Assembly (NCBI GenBank): GCA_964035575.1
Contig: OZ037837.1
Coordinates: 1,178,001 to 1,242,000 of the forward strand
DNA: 64,000 bases
Direction: 5' to 3'
DNA from: Rhynchopus sp. YZ270_cl-10
Lineage: Eukaryota
Of this stretch, positions 12,958 through 23,445 are shown piece after piece (position 1 is the first letter of the stretch; each line of letters starts with the position of its first letter). The notes under the pieces are model-generated. The model worked only from the letters and a program-made list of their open reading frames with translations. It was not told the origin of the DNA and made no database searches. Made by a program: the position numbers and the translations under genes.

Positions 12958-13523
12958 CACGGGTCAGGAAAGATCTTTTGTCTTTTTTTGTCTTTTTTTG
13001 TCTTTTTTCGAGAATCTCGGGAGAAAAAAAAAAAAAAATCAAGATTTTCAGGATTTTTGTCTTTTTTTTTCAGGATCTCTCGAGATCTTTGAGATCTTTG
13101 AAAAATCCTGAAAAAAAAAGGAAAAAAAAGGAAAAAAAGAGAGAAAAAGATGAAAAAGATCTTGAAAATCTTTTTTTTCTCAAAAAAAAGATAAAAAAGA
13201 TTTTTGGGATTTTGAAAAATCTTTTTGGGAAAAAAAAAAAAAAAGATTTTGAAAATCTTTTTTTTTTTTTTTCAAAGATTTCTCAAGATCTCGAGATTTT
13301 TCATGAAATTTCATGGATTTTTCCAGGATTTTTCAGGATTTTTTCAGGATTTTTTCAGGATTTTCAAATCTTTTCTCTTTTTTTTTTTCTCCCATCAATT
13401 TATTGATTGCATATGATGAAAATACTTTTTCTCCCAAAAATCTTTTTTTTTTTTTTTTTTCGGGAGAAGAGGATTTTTTTTCTCGAAAAAAAAAAAAAAA
13501 AAAAAGATCTTTCCCGACCCGTG
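12958..13523. mobile_element. MITE with 22-bp TIRs (CAC...GTG termini) inserted in an A-run
   Basis: Left CACGGGTCAGGAAAGATCTTTT vs right AAAAGATCTTTCCCGACCCGTG (1 mismatch); interior made of AAGATC/GATTTT subterminal motifs and A/T runs. Confidence 0.8.
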
Positions 13524-14416
13524 AAAAAAAAAAAAAAAAAAAAGCAAAAAAGCTGTGGCTGTTTTCAGATTGTTTTGAAAAGGTGGCTAAGCACAAAGCT
13601 TTCGTTACATCTTAATTAAAACATTTTCCTTTAAAAACAGCAACACGCAGTGTTTTCAATTTTTTTTTGTTTTTTTTTGTTTTTTGTGGGTGGTGAATCA
13701 TAGAAAAGAGTTATGGGGACAGGGGTTAGGGGTTGGGGGTGTTGTAGAGCATCGTATACCGCCGAAGGAGTTTCGCACCTTTGATGGCATTTCATTTCAT
13801 TGTGGGGGGGCTTTTTTTTGTGTTTTTTTTTGTGGGGGGGACAGGGGTACACTGTCATGAGACAGATTTGTATTTCACGCCCCCCCTTCATTTTTTTTCT
13901 TTGAGATTCGTTGTCAAGAACAGCATGCTTATAATATAAAAACAAACAAAAAGAGGAAAGGCTGCGTGGAGTTCACACGAGAAACAAGCGAGGTGTCTAC
14001 CACGTCATCAATTTTTCAAAAAAAAAAAAAAAAAAAAAAAAAAATAGGAAAACAAACCGCAAGAAGAAAAGAGAGAAATGGTTTTTTCTCATATGAAAAA
14101 AAGTACTCTGAGAGATTCGTTAAGGATTCGTATGACATAATATTAACTTTTTGTCAGCGGTGTGACAAAAAGTGAAATTGTGTTTTTAGCCTAAAAATGG
14201 GTGGGGGAGATGTAAAAAGTACTTTTTTTTTTACTTTTTGTCACACTTGATCTGCCTTTGTTTTTGGTGGGATTTTGGGTTGGTGTGGCATAATGTTGTG
14301 GTCTTCATGCCCAGGTCATATCCTGCTACTTATTTCTCGGCATTGTGTTGGGATTTGTGTATTCAATATAATTTATGCCTTACGAACACTTATCGATCTC
14401 TCAGAGTACTTTTTTT

Positions 14417-15477
14417 TATATGGCAGCGTCCGCGAAAGACCCCCCCCCTAAAGCTAACATCCATGCTTATTGGTATTTCACTAATTAGAATTTTGGTATT
14501 TTATAAGATTTTTTTTTAAAATGAACTCAGAGTTAAGTTTCTGAGTTCATTTAAAAAAAAAATCGGTGAAAAATTCCGAGTAGGTATTAATTTAAATAGG
14601 AAAAGCTATGTCAACAGCTATGTGTCCCCTTATTTTACCTGTGAATACTAAGGATATAGGAAGGAATTCACTAATATCTGTCTCTAAACCCATTATCAAA
14701 AAGGGGGGGGAGGAAAGGGGGGTGGAGGCTTGTCGCCCCCTCCGAACACTCTAAATAGAGTGCGAAAGAGCTTCACGATCCGGGTCGTCTGCGGCGATGT
14801 CGACTTTCTCGCAGAAACCCCCCTTTTTTGAGTGACCCTATTGACCTCTGTGATGAGTCTCTCCAAGAGTTACAGACAATTGTCCTCCTGTTCCTCCTGT
14901 TCCTCCTCCGTCTCGCTCTCATTGTCCTCCTGGGGTGCCGGTGATGCAACTACAGGAGTAGTAAACGGCGGACACCCCTTTTCTCCTGGTGGTTCTCTTC
15001 TGCATATGGAGAGACATATGCTTCGAGCTCCACACCTCGCGCATCCAGCTCCTCGCGTCCCACCCTTTGCCCCCCTGCCAGTGAACCCCTGCATACACCT
15101 GCAGCTCGGCGAAGTTTTTTAGGCCTCGGAAAGGCCGGGTTTTCAGCTCCTGAGCGAATGCTTTGGCTGCTGATTCCATTTCCCCCTGTTGTGTTGTTCT
15201 GTGGGTGGTTATATGGGTGTTTGTGAGGATTTCCTTGTATATCCTTAGTATTTACAGGTAAAATAAGGGGACACATAGCTGTTGACATAGCTTTTCCTAT
15301 CTAAATTAATACCTACTCGGAATTTTTCACCGATTTTTTTTTTAATGAACTCAGAAACTTAACTCTGAGTTCATTTAAAAAAAAAATCTTATAAAATACC
15401 AAAATTTTAATTAGTGAAATACCAATAAGCATGGATGTTAGCTTTAGGGGGGGGTCTTTCGCGGACGCTCCCATATA
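14417..15477. mobile_element. Non-autonomous DNA transposon with ~250-bp TIRs, TA/TATA flanks
   Basis: 14417-14670 is the near-perfect reverse complement of ~15225-15477; the TIR has an internal hairpin ATGAACTCAG-N10-CTGAGTTCAT; the GC-richer core holds a short minus-strand ORF (14919-15179). Confidence 0.85.
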
Positions 15478-15487
15478 GAGAAAAAAT

Positions 15488-15718
15488 TATATATTGAGCA
15501 AAAAGCGGACTTGTCACACTCGTGTGGTTCTCACCAATCAGTTGGTTTTTTGTATCACTCGCTTCGCTCGTGATACAAAATTCTATGTCACACTCGCTTC
15601 GCTCGTGAGACAACATAAATTACGTCACTCGCTTCGCTCGTGACGTAAAAGAACCAACTGATTTGTGAGAACCACACTCGTGTGACAAAAAGTCCACTTT
15701 TTTTCACCTCAATAAATA
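15488..15718 (-). mobile_element. ~230-bp palindromic element folding into a four-arm structure with three GCGAAGC-capped hairpins
   Basis: Outer inverted repeat of ~60 bp plus three internal copies of CACTCGCTTCGCTCGTG, each with its own complementary flanking stem. Confidence 0.75.
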
Positions 15719-16696
15719 GCTATTCTTTTTTGGCTTTTTTTTTTTTTTTTTTGTGCTTTCATCCGGGGCTGGCATTGTATGAGTTAGTCAGAGGTTCCTT
15801 CGTCAATAACGACCGTTTTTTCCTCTTCAAAGTATTGGGCGAGCGACAAAATGCTTGTTTATTGATTTGGGCTGGAAATTAAAAGAAAGATAAAATGCAT
15901 GCAGCTTCGGTACATTTTTTTTTTTTTAATTTTTGAATGTCGCCCAACAAAACCTTCTTCTTGTGAGAGACGTTTGCAAATCGTACTCCATCTCTGTGCT
16001 TTCTTTTAAGAACCCTGTGAACAAAAAAACCGTGGCTGCTATCTAGTGATAGCAGTCTGTGATCAAACAAAATCCTTTGGGACGTTGCTATGTGGATACA
16101 AAACGAAGAAAATCGAGGAAAAAGAAAATGCGCAGATTTCACAGAAGTGGTGTCAACACGTTGTCAATTTAAAAAAAGAAAAAAAAAAAAAAAAAAACAA
16201 ATAAACACAAAACAACCTACCTGCCAATAGGCGGGAGGGTGGGTATACGGGGAAAGGTTAGCAGTCAAGCGCATCCAAGACGTTAGGTGAGGGGGGTGGG
16301 TGTGGTAAAGAAATGAGGGGGAAAAAAAAAGAAGCCAAAAAGGGCGTAATTGAAGATACCCCCCTCTCTCCACCCCTCTTTTTATCATTTATATCCTTGC
16401 GGCCCAAAACACATCCTTCCATCCCAGCCCCCCCTTTTTTGTCACCTCATGAAATGAAGGAGGAAATAGAAACAACGCACTTTGAACACTTTGCGGTTCT
16501 AGGGACGAACCGCGCTGCAGGGCCACTCCTCACCAAACAGGTCGAGGTGTTGTGCGTTTCACCACAACCTCTCCCATGGGTTTTATCATGTGATGAGTGT
16601 TAAGTTTCTATTTTGTGCTCCCTGTTGAATCTTCCCCACCTTCAGCTCCTTGACAGCGTCCCCCCTTTTTGATAGGGATTATTCCGTGCGTGCATT

Positions 16697-16927
16697 GCTT
16701 CGTGGAGCTTGCAGAGTGCTGCGGAGGACTCCTTCAACTGGTTTCATATGTCACTCACCCAACCCCTTCCAGACACCCCTGCACCCTCCCACCTCTCCGA
16801 AACACACAATGTGGGTGACACGCAGCCACCGCACCACAGATGCCGAGCTGTGAGAACTGTGGCCTGCACAGCTGCAGTGCGGGATGTGCACGGAGAGGTT
16901 CTGCTGCGACACACCTGTGTGCAATGA
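16697..16927 (+). pseudogene. Degenerate 5' fragment of the B-box gene family
   Basis: Matches ~59500-59735 and ~44245-44425 (upstream region plus MPSCENCG... start), with indels and an early stop. Confidence 0.8.
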
Positions 16928-17125
16928 TGATCTCATGCCTTGTACCTGACGCAGAGGGGCTGGCGAACTGAGGCAAAGAGAACGTGCAGCCGCATGGGAG
17001 AAGGGATCAAGGTGACAGCTTGCCACACCTTCGTTGTTCGTACTGACGCACCTGAGGATGTTGTCCCAAGGCCAGAGCTCTCCATCCATGGAATACGCTC
17101 AATCATCTTCTGCATGGCGTCCTGC

Positions 17126-17240
17126 GTGGTGATGCTGGGGTGGAACAGGGACGTGCCCAGCCATGGGGTGCTTTCGTGCATTTGTCTGGCACCTCGGCTT
17201 GCCGTGGTTGCAGCACGAGAGCACCTTTGGCGTTCTTGCT
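17126..17240 (+). promoter_or_regulatory. Conserved ~100-nt structured upstream element, copy 1 (others ~28010-28105, ~29510-29590 degenerate, ~38659-38758, 46543-46657)
   Basis: Stem GGTGCT(T/C)TCGTGC / GCACGAGAGCACC plus outer AGGGACG / CGTTCTT pairing; each copy lies upstream of a gene start. The repeat is certain; a regulatory role is inferred. Confidence 0.6.
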
Positions 17241-17561
17241 GGGGTGGGTGGGGTGGGGTGCGCTGGTGTGGGGTGCCTATCTTGGGTGGTGTTTTTATTC
17301 AGTGTGTGGGTTCACTTTCGCGACATGGCACTGTGCCGTCTGTGCCCTCAGGCAGGTGGCAGCTGTGCACATCTCCCCACTTACCCTGGGAGAGGTAGAG
17401 GGGCAGCGGGGTGTGTGGGAGGAGGGGGAGAGGCAGTGGGTGGGGGTGGGATCGCAGCAGTGGTTCAGAACTCTCTGCTTGGTCACAGCAAGACTGCCCA
17501 GAACACATCACCACAACACACCAACCTCTGTGAACAGACACATACAAGACACATCAAGAAG

Positions 17562-20500
17562 ATGGGATCCGGAGCGACGAAGCCTGAAAAGGACGAGATT
17601 GCAAAGGGAATCACAGAGAAGGAGAGGCCCGTGGACGCAGTGGACAGCGTGGACGGGAGGACAATGCTGCACAGTGCCGTGCTTGCGGGGGACGTGGAGG
17701 CAGTGCGGTTTCTTGTGGAGAACGGGGCAGGGAACGTGCGTGACAGGGACGGGAAGGTGCCGCTGTGGTACGCACTGCAGCACAGGGACGCGGATGTGCG
17801 GGGGCGACTTGAGGCGGAGCTGGGGGCGCATGCAGCACAGATCCTTGTAGAGGTGGAGGATGCTGTGCAGGTGTACCTCACTCACGGTGTCGCCACAACA
17901 ACAGCAACAGGTGTGGCAGTGGAACGGAGCAGTGGAGATGCAACGACAGCACCTCTTACTGACCCTCACATGGACATGGCGAAAGACACGAACACTTCGA
18001 CTGGAGACAGGCACCTGGGAGAGGACGATCTTGACGGGGACACGGGTGCACTGCGGCACACAGACGGACGGAAGGTGGAGTTCCTGCGGAAAACAGACGA
18101 CAACAGCAGCAACAACAACAAGAACAGCAATGGAGGTGAAGACCTGCTGTGCTGGCTGCGTGGTCTGCCAAAGGTGGATCCGCCGTTGGGCTACACAGAC
18201 GAACACGTGCGGCACATGGAGGCGGGGTTCCGTGTGGTGTGCAAGCGTCTGCTGGAGGACATGAGAGGACGGAGGGAGGCTGCGGGGACACGTGGTGGGC
18301 ACGTGGGGGTGGAGGACTGGATGGCGGCACGCGACCCGTTTGAGCTGCTGCTGTCGGGGTTCCTGTTCACGTCTGACTGCGTGGAGTATGTGCTGGACAG
18401 CGGCGGGGATGTTGTGTGCGACGAAATGGACGGGACACCGCAGATTGCGAAAGGGCCTGACGGGAAGCTGCGGTACATCAAACTGACGGAGCGTTCTGTG
18501 CTGGACAACCACGGGAGTGCTGCTGATGTGAAATCACAGTCGCTTGCGCTGTACGCAACGATGAACACTGCGATGCGTGCTGTGGGGCAGCTGGCTGCTG
18601 TGAAGGAGTGGAAGGGGACACCTGAGAAGACAGCACCGAACGTGTTTGAGCTGTCACCTGCACCCCCGCAGCTGCACGTGATTGCGACCTTTGCGCCGCT
18701 GATCCGTGGTCTGGACCGGCTGATTGGGAGCCGTCGGAAGCAGATGCGGACTGTGTTCCGTGGGATCAATGTGAACGTGTCTGCGAAGTACGCGCTGAAT
18801 ACGCACATTGTGTGGAACTGCTTCACGTCGACAACACTGAAGCAGGATGTGGCTCGGAGCTTCATGTACGGGAAGGGGGGCACGTTCTTTGTGGTGGTGG
18901 CGAAGGAGGGTGCTGCAGACGTGAAGTTCTCGTCTGTGTATGCTGGGGAGGACGAGCTGCTGTACACAGCGAACATCGAGTACCGGGTGCAGTGGAAGCT
19001 TTCGCCTACGCTGCTGCGGATGATGGGTCTGCGCTTTGATGTGATTGTGATGCAGGAGGTGTGTTCTGGTGTGGGGGAGACGAGTGCGGCTGAGCAGGTG
19101 GGTGCGCTGCAGGAGGTGATGGGACACACAGTCGCGTTCTTCAAGGACTACCTTGCGCAGTACGTGGAGGGGCGTGTGGGGGACGACACACGTGTGGATG
19201 AGTCGGAGACACGTCCGCTGATGGAGGAGGTGCGGAGGTGGCTTCGTGCACGTGGAGGTGGAGGTGGGAAGCAGATGTCTTCCGTGTGCACACAGGCAGC
19301 AGCGGGCACAGAGCGCAAGCCTGATGTGGAGGCGAGAGAAGAAAGACAAGGGACGTGTGGTGTGCTGTGTGTGATCGGAGAAGGAGGGAGCGGGAAGACG
19401 TCTGCTTCGATTGCAATTCTGAGCGACCTTGCAACGTCTGCGAGGAAGAGCGAAAGCACCAGCAACGAAGACACAACGACAAACACGGACAGAAACAGAA
19501 ACAGCGTGGTGAGTGATGTGACTGCGGATGCGGATGCGAAGCCGTACTTCCCTGTGTTTGTGGCGCTGCCGACAGTGAAGCAACACCTGCTTGAGAAGGG
19601 AGGGCTGGACAGGTTTGTGCTGGAGTCGTTTGCGCTGCGGGAGGCGGACCGTGCGTTCCTTGCGGAGACGTACGAGGTGGTGCTGGTGCTGGACTCGCTG
19701 GACGAGGTTGGGCTGACGCAGGAGGATGTGGGTGCTGTGGTGTCTGAGGGTGGCCTTCTGTGCCGGCACCCATGGGTGGAGGCACACTGCAGCGTTGTTG
19801 TGACTGTGCGTGGTGAGTACCTGAAGGGTGTGGACACGTCTCCGTCTGGTGTGTGTGGGGCTGGTGTGCGTACTCTGTACATGCAGCCGTTCACAGAGGT
19901 GGATGCGAGAACGTACATCAAACGTGCAAACACAGCCTGGGAGAAGGAACACAAAGAGGAGAAGGAGAAGTCAGCCCACAAGGAGGAGTGCACAGTCTTT
20001 GTGCGTGAGGAGGACGTTGAGGGACTTGTGCAGCTGCGGAACCCGTTTGTGCTGCACATGGCGTGCCACGCGCAGTGCAGCGGGAAGGCTTCTGAGGAGG
20101 TGATCTACGAGACCTACCTGGAGACGTGGACGAAGAAGGAGATGGCGTCTGGTGGAGTTGCTGTTGCTGTTGCTGTTGCTGATGCTGTTTCGGATGTGTC
20201 TTTGGAGGATGTGGTGCGTGCAGGGGAGCTTGTTGCATGCAGGATGCTGGAGACAAACGAGTGGCAGGGGACTGTGGGTGTGGCGTCGGAGGTTCTTGAT
20301 TCGCAGCACGGTGTGTGTGAGGCTGTGCGGGATGCGTGCTTCCGCTGCCTGCCGTTCCGGATTGAGGACTTTGGGGAGGAGCGGAGTGCGTTCACGTTCC
20401 GGCACAAGTCGCTTGGGGAGCACCTTGCAGCACGGCGGCTTGCACGTGATCCAGCAGGGACACTGGGGACGCTGGTGCAGCGGAGCTTCAGCAAGGACTC

Positions 20501-22817
20501 GCAGCGTGTGCTTGGGTTCTTTGCGGCGCTGGTGTGTGGAGACAGTGAGCTGTACGAACGTGCCTGCACAGAGCTGCTTGCGGCTGTGAAGGCGACACGC
20601 GGCAGTGCAGGTGCAGGTGCAGGTGTAGTTCCAGGTGGAGATGCAGGTGTTGGTGGGGAGGGTGCTGTGACAGCAGGGTCGAATGCAGCAGCACTGCTGG
20701 CACGTGCACGCATCCCTGTGAGTGGGGAGGACCTGAGCGGGATCCGTGTGTCGAACTGCGACCTGCGCGGGTCTCTGTTTGTGGAGACGGCGCTGACGGG
20801 TGCTTCCTTCTCGAACTGCTGGCTGGAGCACACTGAGTTCCACACCTGCGACATGGGTGGCACGATGCTGCCGGACTGCTCCCTTGGCACACCACTTCCT
20901 GTACTGCAGCATCGTGCCTATGATGTGGCAATGGCACCTGATGGCAGTCAAATGGTTACAGCTGGCCAAGACGGCAGTGTACATGTGTGGAGTATGTCTT
21001 CTGGGGAAGAAGTGATGGTTTTGAAAGGACATTCGAAGCACGTCAATGGAGTGGCAGTAACACCTGACGGCACCCGCGTAGTTTCGTGCTCCGCTGACAG
21101 AACTGTGCTTGTGTGGGATATGCACACTGGGGAGGTAGTGTTCGTCTTGGAAGGCCACGAAGGAGATGTGTGCGAAGTGGCAGTCACTCCCGATAGTTCC
21201 AAGGTTGTTTCAACTTCTCGTGAAGACGGCATCCGTGTGTGGGATCTCTCGACGGGAATGGAAGTGCTGGCAATGAAGTCGCCTGGCATTCGCAGCATGG
21301 TTATTACGAAGGACGGAAGTCAAATAGTGACATGCTCTTACAAGGTGCTGTGCGTATGGGATCTGGTGACGGGGAAGCAGGAGATGCAGTGGCCTTGTCA
21401 TATGATGTATTCGCATGCACTGGCAGTCACTCCCGATGGATGCCATGTTGTTTCGTGTATTGATGGCGCACATCTTTGGAACCTCTCCACTGGGGCAGAG
21501 GTGATGGTGGTCCATGCCGGCGCTGGGTTGAGAGCAGTGGCAGTCACTCCCGATGGATGTCACGTGGTTGCTGGATCTAGAAGCGGCAATGTGCACGTTT
21601 GGAGCATTTCGACTGGGAAGGAGGTGACGGTGTTGCAAGGGCATACTTCTCTTGTCCATGCAGTTGCAGTGTCACCAGATGGATGCAACGTGGTTTCATG
21701 CTCCCAGGACGACGGTACTGTTCGAGTGTGGAACATCACAACCGGGAAGGAGACACCAGGTTTCGAAAGATTCCCACACGGGCCTGTGGCAGTTGCCCCT
21801 GATGGATCTATCATTTCGTACCGTGGCAAGAGGAAGTCCATCTGGAACGCATCCACCGGCAGGCAGACACATGTAGTTGAAGCACGGATACATAATGAGG
21901 GTGTTGCCGTGTACCCAGATGGCTCTCGTGTAGTTTATTTCACTTGCGACGACGCTGGCGAAAGGAGAGCGTGTGTGTGGGACGTTGCGACGGGGAAAGT
22001 GCAGCCTTTGTGCACAGATTCCAGTGAGTTTGCGGTGTTCTTGAAAGGGTGTGGAAGACTGCGTCCCTTAGCAGTGTCTCCCGATGCATCTCACGTGGTG
22101 ACCTGTTCACAGACTTCACAGAAGAGAGGCACTTGCTGTATGTATGTGTGGAGCATGCCGACTGGGAAGAAGGTGTCAGAATATGCAGGAACTACTTGCT
22201 GTCCCGACGGAATGGTAGTGACTCCTGATGGACTGCATGTGGTTTCACACTATAGTTCAAGCTGTGATGTTGGCAAAACCGTACACATGTGGAAACTTCA
22301 CACTGGAGAAGACACGATGGTGTTCAAAGGACATAGTGAAGATGTCTACGACGTCGCCGTTACTCGCGATGGATCTCGTCTTGTTTCATGCTCTGAGGAC
22401 GAGACTGTGCGTGTGTGGGATGTTGCCAGCGGGAAGGAGGTCTTCATCTGGCAGCATTCCTGCTACGTGTACTCAGTAGCACTGACACCTGATGAAGCTC
22501 ACGTCGTGTCGAGTACGGACAGTTTTATGAGTGTTTGGAGCATGACCACTGGTGAGAAGGTGGCAGAGATCAGGGCACATTGTGATTTGCACAACGTTGC
22601 TGTGAGCCCTGATGGACGCGAAGTGATGTGCGCTTGCGAGGATAACACTGTGCGTGTGTGGACCATCTGCACTGGGGAAGTCGGCACGATTGATGGGTTG
22701 CGGCTGAAGAGAGTGATCGGTGTCCCTCCAACAGTTCCTCGTGCATTAGGCTGTCGCAATGCTGATGCTGTGGAACCTGAACTTGCGAGACGGATTCTTT
22801 GTGCTGTCGAGGAGTGA
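17562..22817 (+). CDS. NLR-like STAND protein: N-myristoyl motif - ankyrin - ADP-ribosyltransferase (R-S-E type) - NACHT NTPase - pentapeptide repeats - WD40 repeats (~1751 aa)
   Basis: MGSGAT start; GRTMLHSAVLAGD ankyrin; ART motifs FRG (18756), FTSTT (18822), EDE (18948); Walker A GEGGSGKT (19377-19400), Walker B LVLDSLDE, RNPF, FRHKSLGEHLAA; DLSGIRVSNCDLRGSLF pentapeptides (~20680-20880); >10 WD40 repeats GH...VAVTPDG...VWD (~20900-22680). Confidence 0.9.
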   Translation: MGSGATKPEKDEIAKGITEKERPVDAVDSVDGRTMLHSAVLAGDVEAVRFLVENGAGNVRDRDGKVPLWYALQHRDADVRGRLEAELGAHAAQILVEVEDAVQVYLTHGVATTTATGVAVERSSGDATTAPLTDPHMDMAKDTNTSTGDRHLGEDDLDGDTGALRHTDGRKVEFLRKTDDNSSNNNKNSNGGEDLLCWLRGLPKVDPPLGYTDEHVRHMEAGFRVVCKRLLEDMRGRREAAGTRGGHVGVEDWMAARDPFELLLSGFLFTSDCVEYVLDSGGDVVCDEMDGTPQIAKGPDGKLRYIKLTERSVLDNHGSAADVKSQSLALYATMNTAMRAVGQLAAVKEWKGTPEKTAPNVFELSPAPPQLHVIATFAPLIRGLDRLIGSRRKQMRTVFRGINVNVSAKYALNTHIVWNCFTSTTLKQDVARSFMYGKGGTFFVVVAKEGAADVKFSSVYAGEDELLYTANIEYRVQWKLSPTLLRMMGLRFDVIVMQEVCSGVGETSAAEQVGALQEVMGHTVAFFKDYLAQYVEGRVGDDTRVDESETRPLMEEVRRWLRARGGGGGKQMSSVCTQAAAGTERKPDVEAREERQGTCGVLCVIGEGGSGKTSASIAILSDLATSARKSESTSNEDTTTNTDRNRNSVVSDVTADADAKPYFPVFVALPTVKQHLLEKGGLDRFVLESFALREADRAFLAETYEVVLVLDSLDEVGLTQEDVGAVVSEGGLLCRHPWVEAHCSVVVTVRGEYLKGVDTSPSGVCGAGVRTLYMQPFTEVDARTYIKRANTAWEKEHKEEKEKSAHKEECTVFVREEDVEGLVQLRNPFVLHMACHAQCSGKASEEVIYETYLETWTKKEMASGGVAVAVAVADAVSDVSLEDVVRAGELVACRMLETNEWQGTVGVASEVLDSQHGVCEAVRDACFRCLPFRIEDFGEERSAFTFRHKSLGEHLAARRLARDPAGTLGTLVQRSFSKDSQRVLGFFAALVCGDSELYERACTELLAAVKATRGSAGAGAGVVPGGDAGVGGEGAVTAGSNAAALLARARIPVSGEDLSGIRVSNCDLRGSLFVETALTGASFSNCWLEHTEFHTCDMGGTMLPDCSLGTPLPVLQHRAYDVAMAPDGSQMVTAGQDGSVHVWSMSSGEEVMVLKGHSKHVNGVAVTPDGTRVVSCSADRTVLVWDMHTGEVVFVLEGHEGDVCEVAVTPDSSKVVSTSREDGIRVWDLSTGMEVLAMKSPGIRSMVITKDGSQIVTCSYKVLCVWDLVTGKQEMQWPCHMMYSHALAVTPDGCHVVSCIDGAHLWNLSTGAEVMVVHAGAGLRAVAVTPDGCHVVAGSRSGNVHVWSISTGKEVTVLQGHTSLVHAVAVSPDGCNVVSCSQDDGTVRVWNITTGKETPGFERFPHGPVAVAPDGSIISYRGKRKSIWNASTGRQTHVVEARIHNEGVAVYPDGSRVVYFTCDDAGERRACVWDVATGKVQPLCTDSSEFAVFLKGCGRLRPLAVSPDASHVVTCSQTSQKRGTCCMYVWSMPTGKKVSEYAGTTCCPDGMVVTPDGLHVVSHYSSSCDVGKTVHMWKLHTGEDTMVFKGHSEDVYDVAVTRDGSRLVSCSEDETVRVWDVASGKEVFIWQHSCYVYSVALTPDEAHVVSSTDSFMSVWSMTTGEKVAEIRAHCDLHNVAVSPDGREVMCACEDNTVRVWTICTGEVGTIDGLRLKRVIGVPPTVPRALGCRNADAVEPELARRILCAVEE

Positions 22818-23445
22818 GCGCACTGTTCGTACTTGCTCTTTGTGTTTGCCTCTTTTCCAAGACGAATGCAGTCTGAGTGACGAGCACGAATGGTGTTGAC
22901 ACTGCCTCGCACCCGGGCTTATTGGCTACGACCGTCGCCCAGTTTTTACGTACCCGCGCTACACCATGCACATGCTCGAACACGTCATCGTACGTGCCAA
23001 AATTACGAACTCCGGCCGGGAAATGACATCATCCCTGACAACAAACTTGTAGAAGCCAGCGCAGCTGATGCTGTGCGATAACGAATATGATAAGGTGACT
23101 AAGCACGAGAGGCTTAGGTTCATCTTATAAACTTTTCCTTACTTTTCGCCTTTGCAGTTCGGGAGGATCTTGTCTTATTGTTCCGTTTTACAACGGGGGG
23201 AAGCACTTTGCATAGTTACACAGTTACAAAGCTTTCAAAAGCACAAATGCACAAGGAAAAATAAAATGCCCATACACATACAAAATATTGTTTTTCAATT
23301 CCACAGTTACAACCAAGTTTCCAAAAACAAAAGACCTCCCCCCTTGCAACTGTTTGTTGTCGACTAAATGAACAAACCATAGAAGAAGAAACATGATCTA
23401 ACTATCCTAAGCAACCCAGCCCTTCCCGAATCAAACAATCTTCAA

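Noticed and set aside
12978..13619. Lys/Phe-rich ORFs
   Set aside because: Translation of A/T runs inside a MITE.
15545..15650. Three spaced identical 17-mers as a mini CRISPR or a tRNA cloverleaf
   Set aside because: The spacers are self-complementary stem extensions; there are no tRNA D/T-loop motifs.
17163..17561. 133-codon N-terminal extension of the NLR-like ORF
   Set aside because: It runs through the non-coding hairpin repeat and G-tracts; ATG 17562 gives a myristoylation-type start.
23092..23138. ACGAGAGG resembling the rRNA sarcin-ricin loop
   Set aside because: The flanks do not match LSU rRNA; treated as repeat family B.
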